Part shown: piece by piece, positions 1 to 6,331 of the stretch
How the letters are laid out: each line of letters starts with the position of its first letter
Numbering within the stretch: position 1 is the first letter of the stretch
Program-made: the position numbers and the translations under genes
Notes under the pieces: model-generated
Seen by the model: the letters and a program-made list of their open reading frames with translations, nothing else
The model's database searches: none
Told to the model about the DNA's origin: nothing
IMG/VR virus record: IMGVR_UViG_3300011339_000081
Location: 1 to 25,331 of that record
Strand: one strand, 5' to 3'
DNA from: a virus
Lineage: Duplodnaviria > Caudoviricetes
DNA length: 25,331 nucleotides

Positions 1-708
1 ATGGCCGTGATAAAGCCCGCCACTTTCGTCTTGGACGCTGGTGAGTATAGCGACCGGCTCCCGCCGCTACACACCGTCGAGGTGCGCTGCGACCTGTACG
101 ACCGCAAGCCCTACGAGACCATGAAGAAAGATTTTGTGCTGGAGGACATCACGGCGGTCAACGCGGCTGTGGCCACCGGCAAGTTGCAGCAGTTGGCCAG
201 CGGGTTTGCGTACAACACGACGCAGACGCCGTCGCACATCCCCGGCAAGTGGATCACAGTCCAGACGCCAGTGTGGTTTGACACGGCCAAGTTTGACCGG
301 CTGCATGAATTACTTGAGGAGAACCAGCGTGCCAACACGATCATCGCTTACAACTACCAAGAGGAACTTGCCGAACTCAGACGGCGGTATCCCGCCGCCC
401 AGACGCTGGACGATGACCGGGCCATTGAGCGTTGGAACGCGGGCAGTATTGAATTGCTACTTGTCCATCCGAAGTCAGCGGGCCACGGCCTCAACCTCCA
501 ACACGGTGGCTGCCGGATCGTATTCCTGTCCTTGCCCTGGTCGCTTGAACTGTACGAACAAACCATCGGGCGGTTGCACCGTAGCGGCCAGCGGCATGAC
601 GTGTGGTGCTACGTCATGCTGACCAACAAGACCGTGGACGAGCGCATCTGGGCCGCGCTGCACGACAAGCGCTCAATCTCTGATATTGCTATGGAAGAAC
701 TATGCTAG
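1..708 (+). CDS. SNF2-family/SF2 DNA helicase, C-terminal half (5' partial)
   Basis: Motif V-like HPKSAGHGLNLQ and motif VI-like QTIGRLHRSGQ, plus KLQQLASG. Walker A/B are absent, so the gene probably starts upstream of the window. Confidence 0.9.
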   Translation: MAVIKPATFVLDAGEYSDRLPPLHTVEVRCDLYDRKPYETMKKDFVLEDITAVNAAVATGKLQQLASGFAYNTTQTPSHIPGKWITVQTPVWFDTAKFDRLHELLEENQRANTIIAYNYQEELAELRRRYPAAQTLDDDRAIERWNAGSIELLLVHPKSAGHGLNLQHGGCRIVFLSLPWSLELYEQTIGRLHRSGQRHDVWCYVMLTNKTVDERIWAALHDKRSISDIAMEELC

Positions 709-860
709 AAAAACTCAAAGCCCAACTCAAAGCGGCCAAGGCCGAACTGAAAGTCCGTGCGCGCAACGTCAACGCCGCCTACAAGGCGTACGACCGCTGC
801 TGCGATCTCATCACCAAACTGGAGAACAGAATTGAAATCTACATGGCGAAGCGTAAATGA
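702..860 (+). CDS. Small coiled-coil hypothetical protein (52 aa, MLEKLKAQLKAAKAELK...; not in ORF track)
   Basis: Translated by hand: ATG 702, TGA 858-860. It overlaps the helicase stop, has a heptad-like pattern and fills the gap. Confidence 0.7.
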   Translation: MLEKLKAQLKAAKAELKVRARNVNAAYKAYDRCCDLITKLENRIEIYMAKRK

Positions 861-1023
861 CTACCTGCACACCTTGTCCGAGGACGAGGTGCTGCGGATG
901 CTAGACGAGGAACGGTCTACGCATAAACGGGTATCCATGCTGGAGCGTCTGCACCAGCGGTACAGCAGCCTGCGAACCACGCGGGAACGAATTGAAATTT
1001 TACGAGAGGCACGACAGGTATGA
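832..1023 (+). CDS. Hypothetical protein (63 aa, probable TTG start)
   Basis: GGAGA at 821-825 precedes an in-frame TTG at 832. The track ORF 757..1023 is probably over-extended. Confidence 0.7.
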   Translation: MKSTWRSVNDYLHTLSEDEVLRMLDEERSTHKRVSMLERLHQRYSSLRTTRERIEILREARQV

Positions 1024-1232
1024 AACTTACAGACAGCCAGCGCCGCCAGCTACGCTCTGCGGCCATATTTGGTGGCGACTACGTCCACAACGTAGTTGAC
1101 TCACTTCAGCGGGAAAACCCCGACGCCTTCTGGCGTGAATCCGAGTTAAAACAGCGCCGGTTCTACCATGAACCGATTGGCGCACCCCACAAGTCCTACG
1201 TGCAACGCTATAAACCAGGAGCATTCAAATGA
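1020..1232 (+). CDS. Hypothetical protein (70 aa)
   Basis: ATGA overlap at both ends, with GAGG upstream. Confidence 0.7.
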   Translation: MKLTDSQRRQLRSAAIFGGDYVHNVVDSLQRENPDAFWRESELKQRRFYHEPIGAPHKSYVQRYKPGAFK

Positions 1233-1366
1233 GATTGATCGAAACCATCTTTGCCTTGATCGGCGCGTGGGCCGTGATGATGGCCGCGTTCTTTTGGGTT
1301 GGCTACGCCACCTATTGCCCGCCGTGCGACAGTATGCTGGCGGTGTTCACGGAGACTTGCAAATGA
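1229..1366 (+). CDS. Small membrane protein (45 aa, MRLIETIFALIGAWAVMMAAFFWVGY...; not in ORF track)
   Basis: AGGAG upstream, ATGA overlaps at both ends, one hydrophobic helix followed by CPPC...C. Confidence 0.7.
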   Translation: MRLIETIFALIGAWAVMMAAFFWVGYATYCPPCDSMLAVFTETCK

Positions 1367-1554
1367 ACTTTAAGCGACTGTTTGCTACCCCGTCGCCACT
1401 TGAACTAGCTGCACGGGAACTAGTGCAGGCGCAGCGGGCCAAGCTAGAGGCTGAGAGCGCACGCGAGTACGCTTTCCACATGGTCAACTACAACGACGAC
1501 CGCATTGCGCGGTTACAGGAGCGTTTGAACGAATTGAAAGGAGAGACAGCATGA
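1363..1554 (+). CDS. Hypothetical helical protein (63 aa, MNFKRLFATPSPLELAAREL...)
   Basis: GGAGA before ATG 1363 and ATGA overlaps. It is the C-terminal half of track ORF 1168..1554. Confidence 0.75.
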   Translation: MNFKRLFATPSPLELAARELVQAQRAKLEAESAREYAFHMVNYNDDRIARLQERLNELKGETA

Positions 1555-1778
1555 AATACGACAACACACCCATCGACCCAACATGGATGAGCAAGACAGG
1601 CGGCTTTGCCAAGGACATGACCTTGCGTGATGAATTTGCAATGCGGGCTATGCAGGGACAGTTATCCATGCCCGAATTATGTGCTGCTATAGGCAGCGGA
1701 CGCACGACAGTTGATTCATTCTGCCGCAGTTGTTTTGAATGGGCAGACGCAATGCTTGCCGCGAGGGAGGCGAAATGA
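1551..1778 (+). CDS. Small phage protein with MTLRDxFAxxAMQG...ADAMLAAR motif
   Basis: I recognise this motif from a widespread phage hypothetical family. AGGAG RBS and ATGA overlaps. Confidence 0.8.
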   Translation: MKYDNTPIDPTWMSKTGGFAKDMTLRDEFAMRAMQGQLSMPELCAAIGSGRTTVDSFCRSCFEWADAMLAAREAK

Positions 1779-1930
1779 TACTTACGCCACAACAAATGGC
1801 AGAGTTGGTTTTGAAAATATTGGAGGATGTTGTTGTAGACATTTACCCATCGGAAGAGCGCGAAGAGGCCAAGGCCCGCATCCTTGATGCATGGAGCGCG
1901 GAAATGTTTCAAGGAAGGACTGAAAAATGA
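1775..1930 (+). CDS. Hypothetical acidic protein (51 aa)
   Basis: GGAGG immediately upstream of ATG 1775 and ATGA overlaps. Confidence 0.7.
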   Translation: MILTPQQMAELVLKILEDVVVDIYPSEEREEAKARILDAWSAEMFQGRTEK

Positions 1931-2055
1931 ACGACGATGACACAGACTCAGGCGGGGACTTTTTCGTTGACATGATTAAGACTGCTATTGCCGTTGGCTT
2001 TTTTCTTTTGCTGGTGGTCACCATTGGCGCAGTTGTATGGGGGTTCGTAGCATGA
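1927..2055 (+). CDS. Small membrane protein (42 aa, MNDDDTDSGGDFFVDMIKTAIAVGFFLLLVVTIGAVVWGFVA; not in ORF track)
   Basis: Hand translation. AAGGA upstream, ATGA overlaps at both ends, acidic N-terminus followed by a TM helix. Confidence 0.7.
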   Translation: MNDDDTDSGGDFFVDMIKTAIAVGFFLLLVVTIGAVVWGFVA

Positions 2056-2465
2056 AAACTGAAGAAGACGAAGCCTTTGACGAACTTGCCAAGCGGCAGG
2101 GTGATTGGGGCGGTGGGTTTAAGGCTAAGCAAGCAATGGCTGCGGACAAGTTGCAGGAGCCTGACGCATTGACCATTGCATACCAAAGCGGTTACTACGA
2201 AGGCAAAAAAGCAGCTTTGGCACAGCCAGTGCACGATCAATGGCGACCAATTGAGACCGCGCCAAAGGGTGAGACCATTTGGCTTGGCGACCAACACAGT
2301 ATCCGCATCGGTTTTTGGGCAATTGATTGTTGGGTTGATGACGCTAAAGCACAAGATAGGGGAAATCGAGGGTTGGGTTTTGCGCCCACCCACTGGATGC
2401 CGCTACCCTCCGCGCCGGAAATCGTCTCGCATCTTTCCGCCCGCAACAAAGGAGCCAAGCCATGA
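2052..2465 (+). CDS. Modular phage protein with C-terminal DUF551-like domain
   Basis: WRPIETAPK...PTHWMPLP signature. ATG 2052 overlaps the previous stop (ATGA). Confidence 0.75.
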   Translation: MKTEEDEAFDELAKRQGDWGGGFKAKQAMAADKLQEPDALTIAYQSGYYEGKKAALAQPVHDQWRPIETAPKGETIWLGDQHSIRIGFWAIDCWVDDAKAQDRGNRGLGFAPTHWMPLPSAPEIVSHLSARNKGAKP

Positions 2466-2625
2466 CTAAAGACGAAGCATTGAAGCTGGCGCTTGAGGCG
2501 TTGGAAGAACACCATTACGGCGAGGCACAAATAATCATCCGTGAAGCATTGGCACAGCCAGCGCAGGAACCTGACGCACTGACCATCGCATATCAGTCTG
2601 GTTACTATGATGGCAAAAAAGCAGC
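2154..2625 (+). repeat. Dispersed 62-bp direct repeat (2154-2215 and 2564-2625) encoding QEPDALTIAYQSGYY(E/D)GKKAA
   Basis: Manual alignment gives 52/62 nt identical with only one amino-acid difference. Confidence 0.9.
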
Positions 2626-2773
2626 ACAGCGCGAGTGGGTAGGGCTGACGGATGAGGAAATTCACAGGAAAACAATCCTTGCTGGATTTAACCCGGAATG
2701 GAATGTTGAAATTGGATTGGTGCTAAGTATTGTTCGCAACTTAGAAGCCAAACTCAAGGAGAAAAACTCTTGA
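2462..2773 (+). CDS. Modular phage hypothetical protein (ALKLALEALE...ALAQP...WVGLTDEEI...EAKLKEKN type)
   Basis: AGGAG RBS and ATGA overlap. The motifs are typical of small phage accessory proteins. Confidence 0.8.
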   Translation: MTKDEALKLALEALEEHHYGEAQIIIREALAQPAQEPDALTIAYQSGYYDGKKAAQREWVGLTDEEIHRKTILAGFNPEWNVEIGLVLSIVRNLEAKLKEKNS

Positions 2774-2964
2774 TTTGCCCCACTTGCGCCGCCTGGACTC
2801 GCGTGCTGGAGACGCGGCACAAATACGACAACCAGGTCTATCGGCGCTATGAGTGCGCCAATACGCACCGCTTTTCAACTATGGAATCAATCAAATGCCA
2901 GAATTCGCCGCGTGGAGCCACGAAAACCTTGCCAAGTTTGCAGAAGAATCCTACGTCCGACTAA
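2770..2964 (+). CDS. Zinc-ribbon protein (NrdR N-terminal / Ogr-Delta-like), putative transcription regulator
   Basis: CPTC...TRVLETR...RRYEC..H.RFST.E pattern. TTG start overlaps the previous TGA, with AGGAG upstream. Confidence 0.7.
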   Translation: MICPTCAAWTRVLETRHKYDNQVYRRYECANTHRFSTMESIKCQNSPRGATKTLPSLQKNPTSD

Positions 2965-3074
2965 AGGAGCAGCAGGACGCGCTGGAGCAGGCCACCGCAA
3001 ATTTCAAAAACGCAATGGTCGAACTACGCAAACTAAACGATCGTTGCGCCAGCTTGGAGTTGGGCAATCGTTAA
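2895..3074 (+). CDS. Hypothetical coiled-coil protein (59 aa, MPEFAAWSHENLAKFAEE...)
   Basis: In-frame ATG at 2895 within track ORF 2853..3074, amphipathic helical pattern. Last gene of the + arm. Confidence 0.6.
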   Translation: MPEFAAWSHENLAKFAEESYVRLKEQQDALEQATANFKNAMVELRKLNDRCASLELGNR

Positions 3075-3452
3075 GCCGCCGGTGTATTGGAAGTGCGGAA
3101 ACTCTTTGAAGTCTTTCCAATCACCAGCCCACTCTAACCCGCAAGACTTGCCAATCTCACCAATTTTTTGCCAAATGGGGTCTTTGGTACTCCATACAGG
3201 TTTTCCATTGACCAACGCAACTACATCCAATGCACAGCGCCAGTTGTGCCATGACTGACCCGGCTTGGCTTTGGTGACCACATCACCGGGGATAGTGCGG
3301 CCTTGGGCGTAGAGAGCAGCTTGGCTCTCGTTATCTCGGTATGTGGAGGTCACCAGCAAGTCGATGCCCTTGGCCTTGGCGGCGTCCACAAATGCCTGCG
3401 CCCGCTTTTTGACGGGCGGCGCTAGGTCGTCAAGAGTTCTTGAATTGATCAC
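3033..3452 (-). CDS. Endolysin, peptidase M15 family (L-Ala-D-Glu endopeptidase-like)
   Basis: YR..ESQAALYAQGRT, SWHNW..ALD (SxHxxxxAxD Zn motif) and LEWAGDW...E.PHFQ. GTG start with GGAG RBS, downstream of the holin. Confidence 0.92.
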   Translation of the reverse strand: MINSRTLDDLAPPVKKRAQAFVDAAKAKGIDLLVTSTYRDNESQAALYAQGRTIPGDVVTKAKPGQSWHNWRCALDVVALVNGKPVWSTKDPIWQKIGEIGKSCGLEWAGDWKDFKEFPHFQYTGGLTIAQLQAGATIV

Positions 3453-3636
3453 TTTTTAGCTCCACATAAACGTCAATGCAAGTTCCCTCGGCGCGGGCGT
3501 GCGTGTTTTGCAAGTACCAATCCACCTTTTCGTTGATGGTTTTTATGCAGAGCGCCCTGTCGGTGTAGATGGTTTGCTGCTGGAGGAATTCGCACTTTTC
3601 CAGCACGCAGATGTACATGACGGGAACCCAGATCAT
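3430..3636 (-). CDS. Hypothetical Cys-containing protein in lysis cassette (68 aa)
   Basis: ATGA overlap with the holin stop, hydrophobic N-terminus, four Cys. Confidence 0.65.
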   Translation of the reverse strand: MIWVPVMYICVLEKCEFLQQQTIYTDRALCIKTINEKVDWYLQNTHARAEGTCIDVYVELKSDQFKNS

Positions 3637-4040
3637 TTGGCCGCCACGCCGTTGATTTTCTCAGCGGTACGCATACCGCCAAGGCAAAGCATTCCAAGTA
3701 GCAGCGGCATCATGGTTCCCATGTCCATTTGAGGAAACTTGATTGGATGGCCGTAGACGGCTGCGCCCCATTCGGCCAGCGGCCCAACGACAAACTGGAC
3801 GGCAAAGCCTGCGCCGCACACCCAACCAATGCCTGGTCGCCAGCCGGAGACAAACACCGACGGGTTTGCAGCTTCTGCTTTGTTGATGTCAAGCTGGCCG
3901 GCAATCATCGCCAGTTCGCCAGACTGCTGTAGTTTGAACAATTCCAGTTTTGCGGCAGCGGCTTGCGCGGGATCAGGCCACAGCCGATCCATGACCTTGC
4001 CGCCAATGTCTAGGAGCGCGCTTACGGGATCAAGTGCCAT
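3633..4040 (-). CDS. Holin, 3TM (GTA-holin-like) family
   Basis: N-terminal amphipathic helix, FVSGWRPGIGWVC motif, LLLGMLCLGGMRTAEK C-terminus. Lies next to the endolysin. Confidence 0.85.
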   Translation of the reverse strand: MALDPVSALLDIGGKVMDRLWPDPAQAAAAKLELFKLQQSGELAMIAGQLDINKAEAANPSVFVSGWRPGIGWVCGAGFAVQFVVGPLAEWGAAVYGHPIKFPQMDMGTMMPLLLGMLCLGGMRTAEKINGVAAK

Positions 4041-4269
4041 TTGGTGTTCCTTTGTTGGTGCGGATGTCTACGATTTTTTCTGCGGTCTTGCCAGCAAAAA
4101 TTGCGGTGATCACAATGATCATGGCCTGACCAAGCAGATCAACGTAAGCGCCCCGTGTCTCTAGATTGAAGACCGAAAGCAACGCGAAGAAAAAGTAGGA
4201 GAACAACAAGAACGCAACCGTGACCGGCTGAATGTTCTTAGCTAACCAGGAATCATTTTGCTCGTTCAT
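4030..4269 (-). CDS. Holin-like 2-TM membrane protein (79 aa)
   Basis: DSWLAKNIQP, a TM helix, YVDLLGQ, a second TM helix, then FAGKTAEKI. Resembles the C-terminal two-thirds of 3TM holins. Confidence 0.7.
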   Translation of the reverse strand: MNEQNDSWLAKNIQPVTVAFLLFSYFFFALLSVFNLETRGAYVDLLGQAMIIVITAIFAGKTAEKIVDIRTNKGTPNGT

Positions 4270-4528
4270 AAAGTTTCTCAATCTTTGTTCTGACGCGCAT
4301 GGTATCCGCTGCGCCTAAGACTTGCGCCAGATTCGTGTAAATGAGTACCAACTGCTCCTTAGTGCAGACTTGGCCCGAGTCATCCAACCATTCAACAATT
4401 CGATCATGGCGTTCCTTTGGGTTGTGCGTGCTGTACGCAATGTTTACAAAGTCGCTGACGCTGCATTCGCGCTTGACTGTTGCGCCGTAGACGAACGACA
4501 GCAGGGCAACAGATATAAGCCAGCGCAC
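4253..4528 (-). CDS. Putative exported protein (91 aa, signal-peptide-like N-terminus)
   Basis: MRWLISVALLSFVYGA hydrophobic leader, two Cys, GTG start. Fills the gap between the fibre chaperone and the holin-like gene. Confidence 0.65.
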   Translation of the reverse strand: MRWLISVALLSFVYGATVKRECSVSDFVNIAYSTHNPKERHDRIVEWLDDSGQVCTKEQLVLIYTNLAQVLGAADTMRVRTKIEKLYERAK

Positions 4529-4533
4529 ATTGT

Positions 4534-4806
4534 TTAGCTTTTGGGATATTTAGCCTTGACTGCTTGGCAATCGGCGATGTACTTATCAATTTGCGCTTGG
4601 TTGCCTTTGACTACGCCGTCGAGGTAGTCAGTCATGGGTGGGTACTCGGCAGCACGTTTCTGTGCGTAGGTCAATACCGGCGCATTGGCCGCACGGATGG
4701 CGGCAGCGTCTGCATTTGTAATCTGAACAGACCCGCTGGGGAGCAAGTGTTCATACTCAGCAGAATCAAGAAAATGAAGCTGATTGTCTGGTGATTTGTA
4801 GTGCAT
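4534..4806 (-). CDS. Putative tail fibre assembly/chaperone protein (90 aa)
   Basis: Directly follows the tail fibre, AAGGA RBS before ATG 4806, YAQKRAAEYP...VKAKYPK motif common in fibre-associated phage proteins. Confidence 0.6.
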   Translation of the reverse strand: MHYKSPDNQLHFLDSAEYEHLLPSGSVQITNADAAAIRAANAPVLTYAQKRAAEYPPMTDYLDGVVKGNQAQIDKYIADCQAVKAKYPKS

Positions 4807-4814
4807 GATTTTCC

Positions 4815-6107
4815 TTAACGCAGTTCGTTCCAATTACTAATGCTGCCCACACCAGTCGAAGAAATGTTGTAAGAAACACCTGGAGGGACTAAAAAGCTGA
4901 TGTAAGAAAGCGCAGTAGCCGTATAAGCACTTACTGATCTAAAAGCCAACCCACCAACAGTAGCTTGAACATCACCTTGAGCACTCATTGAAGCCACAAC
5001 ATATACAAAAATTGGTTTTCCCGTGGTGTTGTAGTATGTAGTCGTTACCGCCCTACTTGCGGAAACGTCCTGCCAAGTCTGCCCATATCCAATTGAACTC
5101 ATAGCAGTCAAAGCCTGACCACCACATCCTTGAATAGTGCTAGGTGCAGTTGCCCAAGTGCCTGCGGTGGCTTGTGTGCTTTCAATGTACCCAACAACAC
5201 GATATGCAAGTGATGTACGCGCTGTGGTGGAATAGACAACAGACGCGCTATCAGCAGCGCCAGCCCCACCCTCTGCTGTGGTGCTGATTAACCCAGTCTC
5301 GGTCAGATTAGTGCCGCCCGCAATATTGACAACGGCCAGTTCCACTGTGCCAGCGTTGTCAAGCGCTAATACAACAATGCGGCTTTGCACTGCCGACACT
5401 GTGCCAAGGGTAGACCCTGACGATACGGTTACGGAAATGGCCGACGAAACTAATCGGGACACCACCGTGCCACTGGTTAAAGTGGCAGACCGGAAATCCA
5501 AAGTAGTTGGGTTCAGTGTGACCGTGAGTGCGTTAGCTGCCACAGTCGCAGTGATTGGCTTAATGGCAGACTCCGGCACTTTGGTCAATGACCCACCGCC
5601 CGAGAAAGTTAGAGTGCCGGTAGTGGTCACACCGCTTGTGGTGCTGGTGGTAGCGTTCACTGTGGTGATATTGCCAGTAGTCGCATTGACTGTGGTGATA
5701 TTGCCCGTGGTCGCATTGACTGTGGTGATATTGCCCGTAGTAGCGGTCAGCGTGGTAAACGCGCCAGTGTTAGGCGCGGTGCTACCGATGGGCGGTGGTG
5801 ATGCCAGTGTGGTGGTTAATGAAGCAGTATCAAGGGGCGTGCTAATGTTGTCCACCGTGTACAGCAGCACATCAGTCGCAGTCTTGACCACAAACTTGTA
5901 ACTGGTGCTGGTCAAGAGCCAAATGTTGGCTTGACCGTAAGAGTCCAAGATGATGGGGTTGGTGTTGGCCGTGCCAGCCCCAAAATCCGTGTAGGTAGCG
6001 GCTGGGGTAGATGTACCCGCAGCGTAGGTGTAGATCTTCCCTCCAACTAGCGGAGCGCCGTCAGTGCCAAAGATCTGCTGCTTGGGGGTAGGTGTTAGTC
6101 CGGCCAT
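4815..6107 (-). CDS. Tail fibre / receptor-binding protein (430 aa)
   Basis: N-terminal virion-attachment-type domain (G.PLVGGKIYTYAAGT.TP..TY.D...N.NPIILD..G.A.IWL), Thr/Gly-rich shaft, C-terminal GYGQTWQDV...R...TYYNTTGKPI fibre-tip motif. Confidence 0.8.
   Translation of the reverse strand: MAGLTPTPKQQIFGTDGAPLVGGKIYTYAAGTSTPAATYTDFGAGTANTNPIILDSYGQANIWLLTSTSYKFVVKTATDVLLYTVDNISTPLDTASLTTTLASPPPIGSTAPNTGAFTTLTATTGNITTVNATTGNITTVNATTGNITTVNATTSTTSGVTTTGTLTFSGGGSLTKVPESAIKPITATVAANALTVTLNPTTLDFRSATLTSGTVVSRLVSSAISVTVSSGSTLGTVSAVQSRIVVLALDNAGTVELAVVNIAGGTNLTETGLISTTAEGGAGAADSASVVYSTTARTSLAYRVVGYIESTQATAGTWATAPSTIQGCGGQALTAMSSIGYGQTWQDVSASRAVTTTYYNTTGKPIFVYVVASMSAQGDVQATVGGLAFRSVSAYTATALSYISFLVPPGVSYNISSTGVGSISNWNELR
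5653..5742 (-). repeat. Tandem 30-bp coding repeat x3 (ATTGNITTVN) in tail fibre
   Basis: ACTGTGGTGATATTGCC recurs at 30-nt spacing (5659, 5689, 5719). Confidence 0.92.
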
Positions 6108-6331
6108 TATTTGTCCTTGTCTTGTTTGTTTTCCAAACGATCAAAAATCTTACTCAGCATCTCTTTGATCTCTTTCATGTCGTCGCGGTAGTCCTGCCGC
6201 GCAACGTAGACTAAGGGTAGTTTACTCAGGTCTGTTTTCAGTTCCTGCACCGCCGACCACAGTTCACGGGCGAACCACCCGGCCACCGTCAAAGCAGCGC
6301 CAAATAGGATGTTGAGTAGATGTTGATCCAT
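6107..6331 (-). CDS. Small membrane protein with coiled-coil tail (74 aa; holin/XhlA-like architecture)
   Basis: N-terminal TM (LLNILFGAALTVAGWFA) followed by a charged helix YVARQDYRDDMKEIKEML. TAATG overlaps at both ends. Confidence 0.7.
   Translation of the reverse strand: MDQHLLNILFGAALTVAGWFARELWSAVQELKTDLSKLPLVYVARQDYRDDMKEIKEMLSKIFDRLENKQDKDK

Noticed and set aside
2154-2625. 62-bp repeat pair as a DGR template/variable repeat
   Set aside because: The differences are mostly synonymous and not adenine-specific, and there is no reverse transcriptase in the window.
1484-2868. Minus-strand ORFs of 142, 203, 142 and 68 aa over the early arm
   Set aside because: They lie opposite a well-tiled, RBS-supported chain of + strand genes and lack motifs.
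5653-5742. 30-bp repeats as a mini-CRISPR array
   Set aside because: The units are contiguous with no spacers and lie in frame inside the tail fibre gene.
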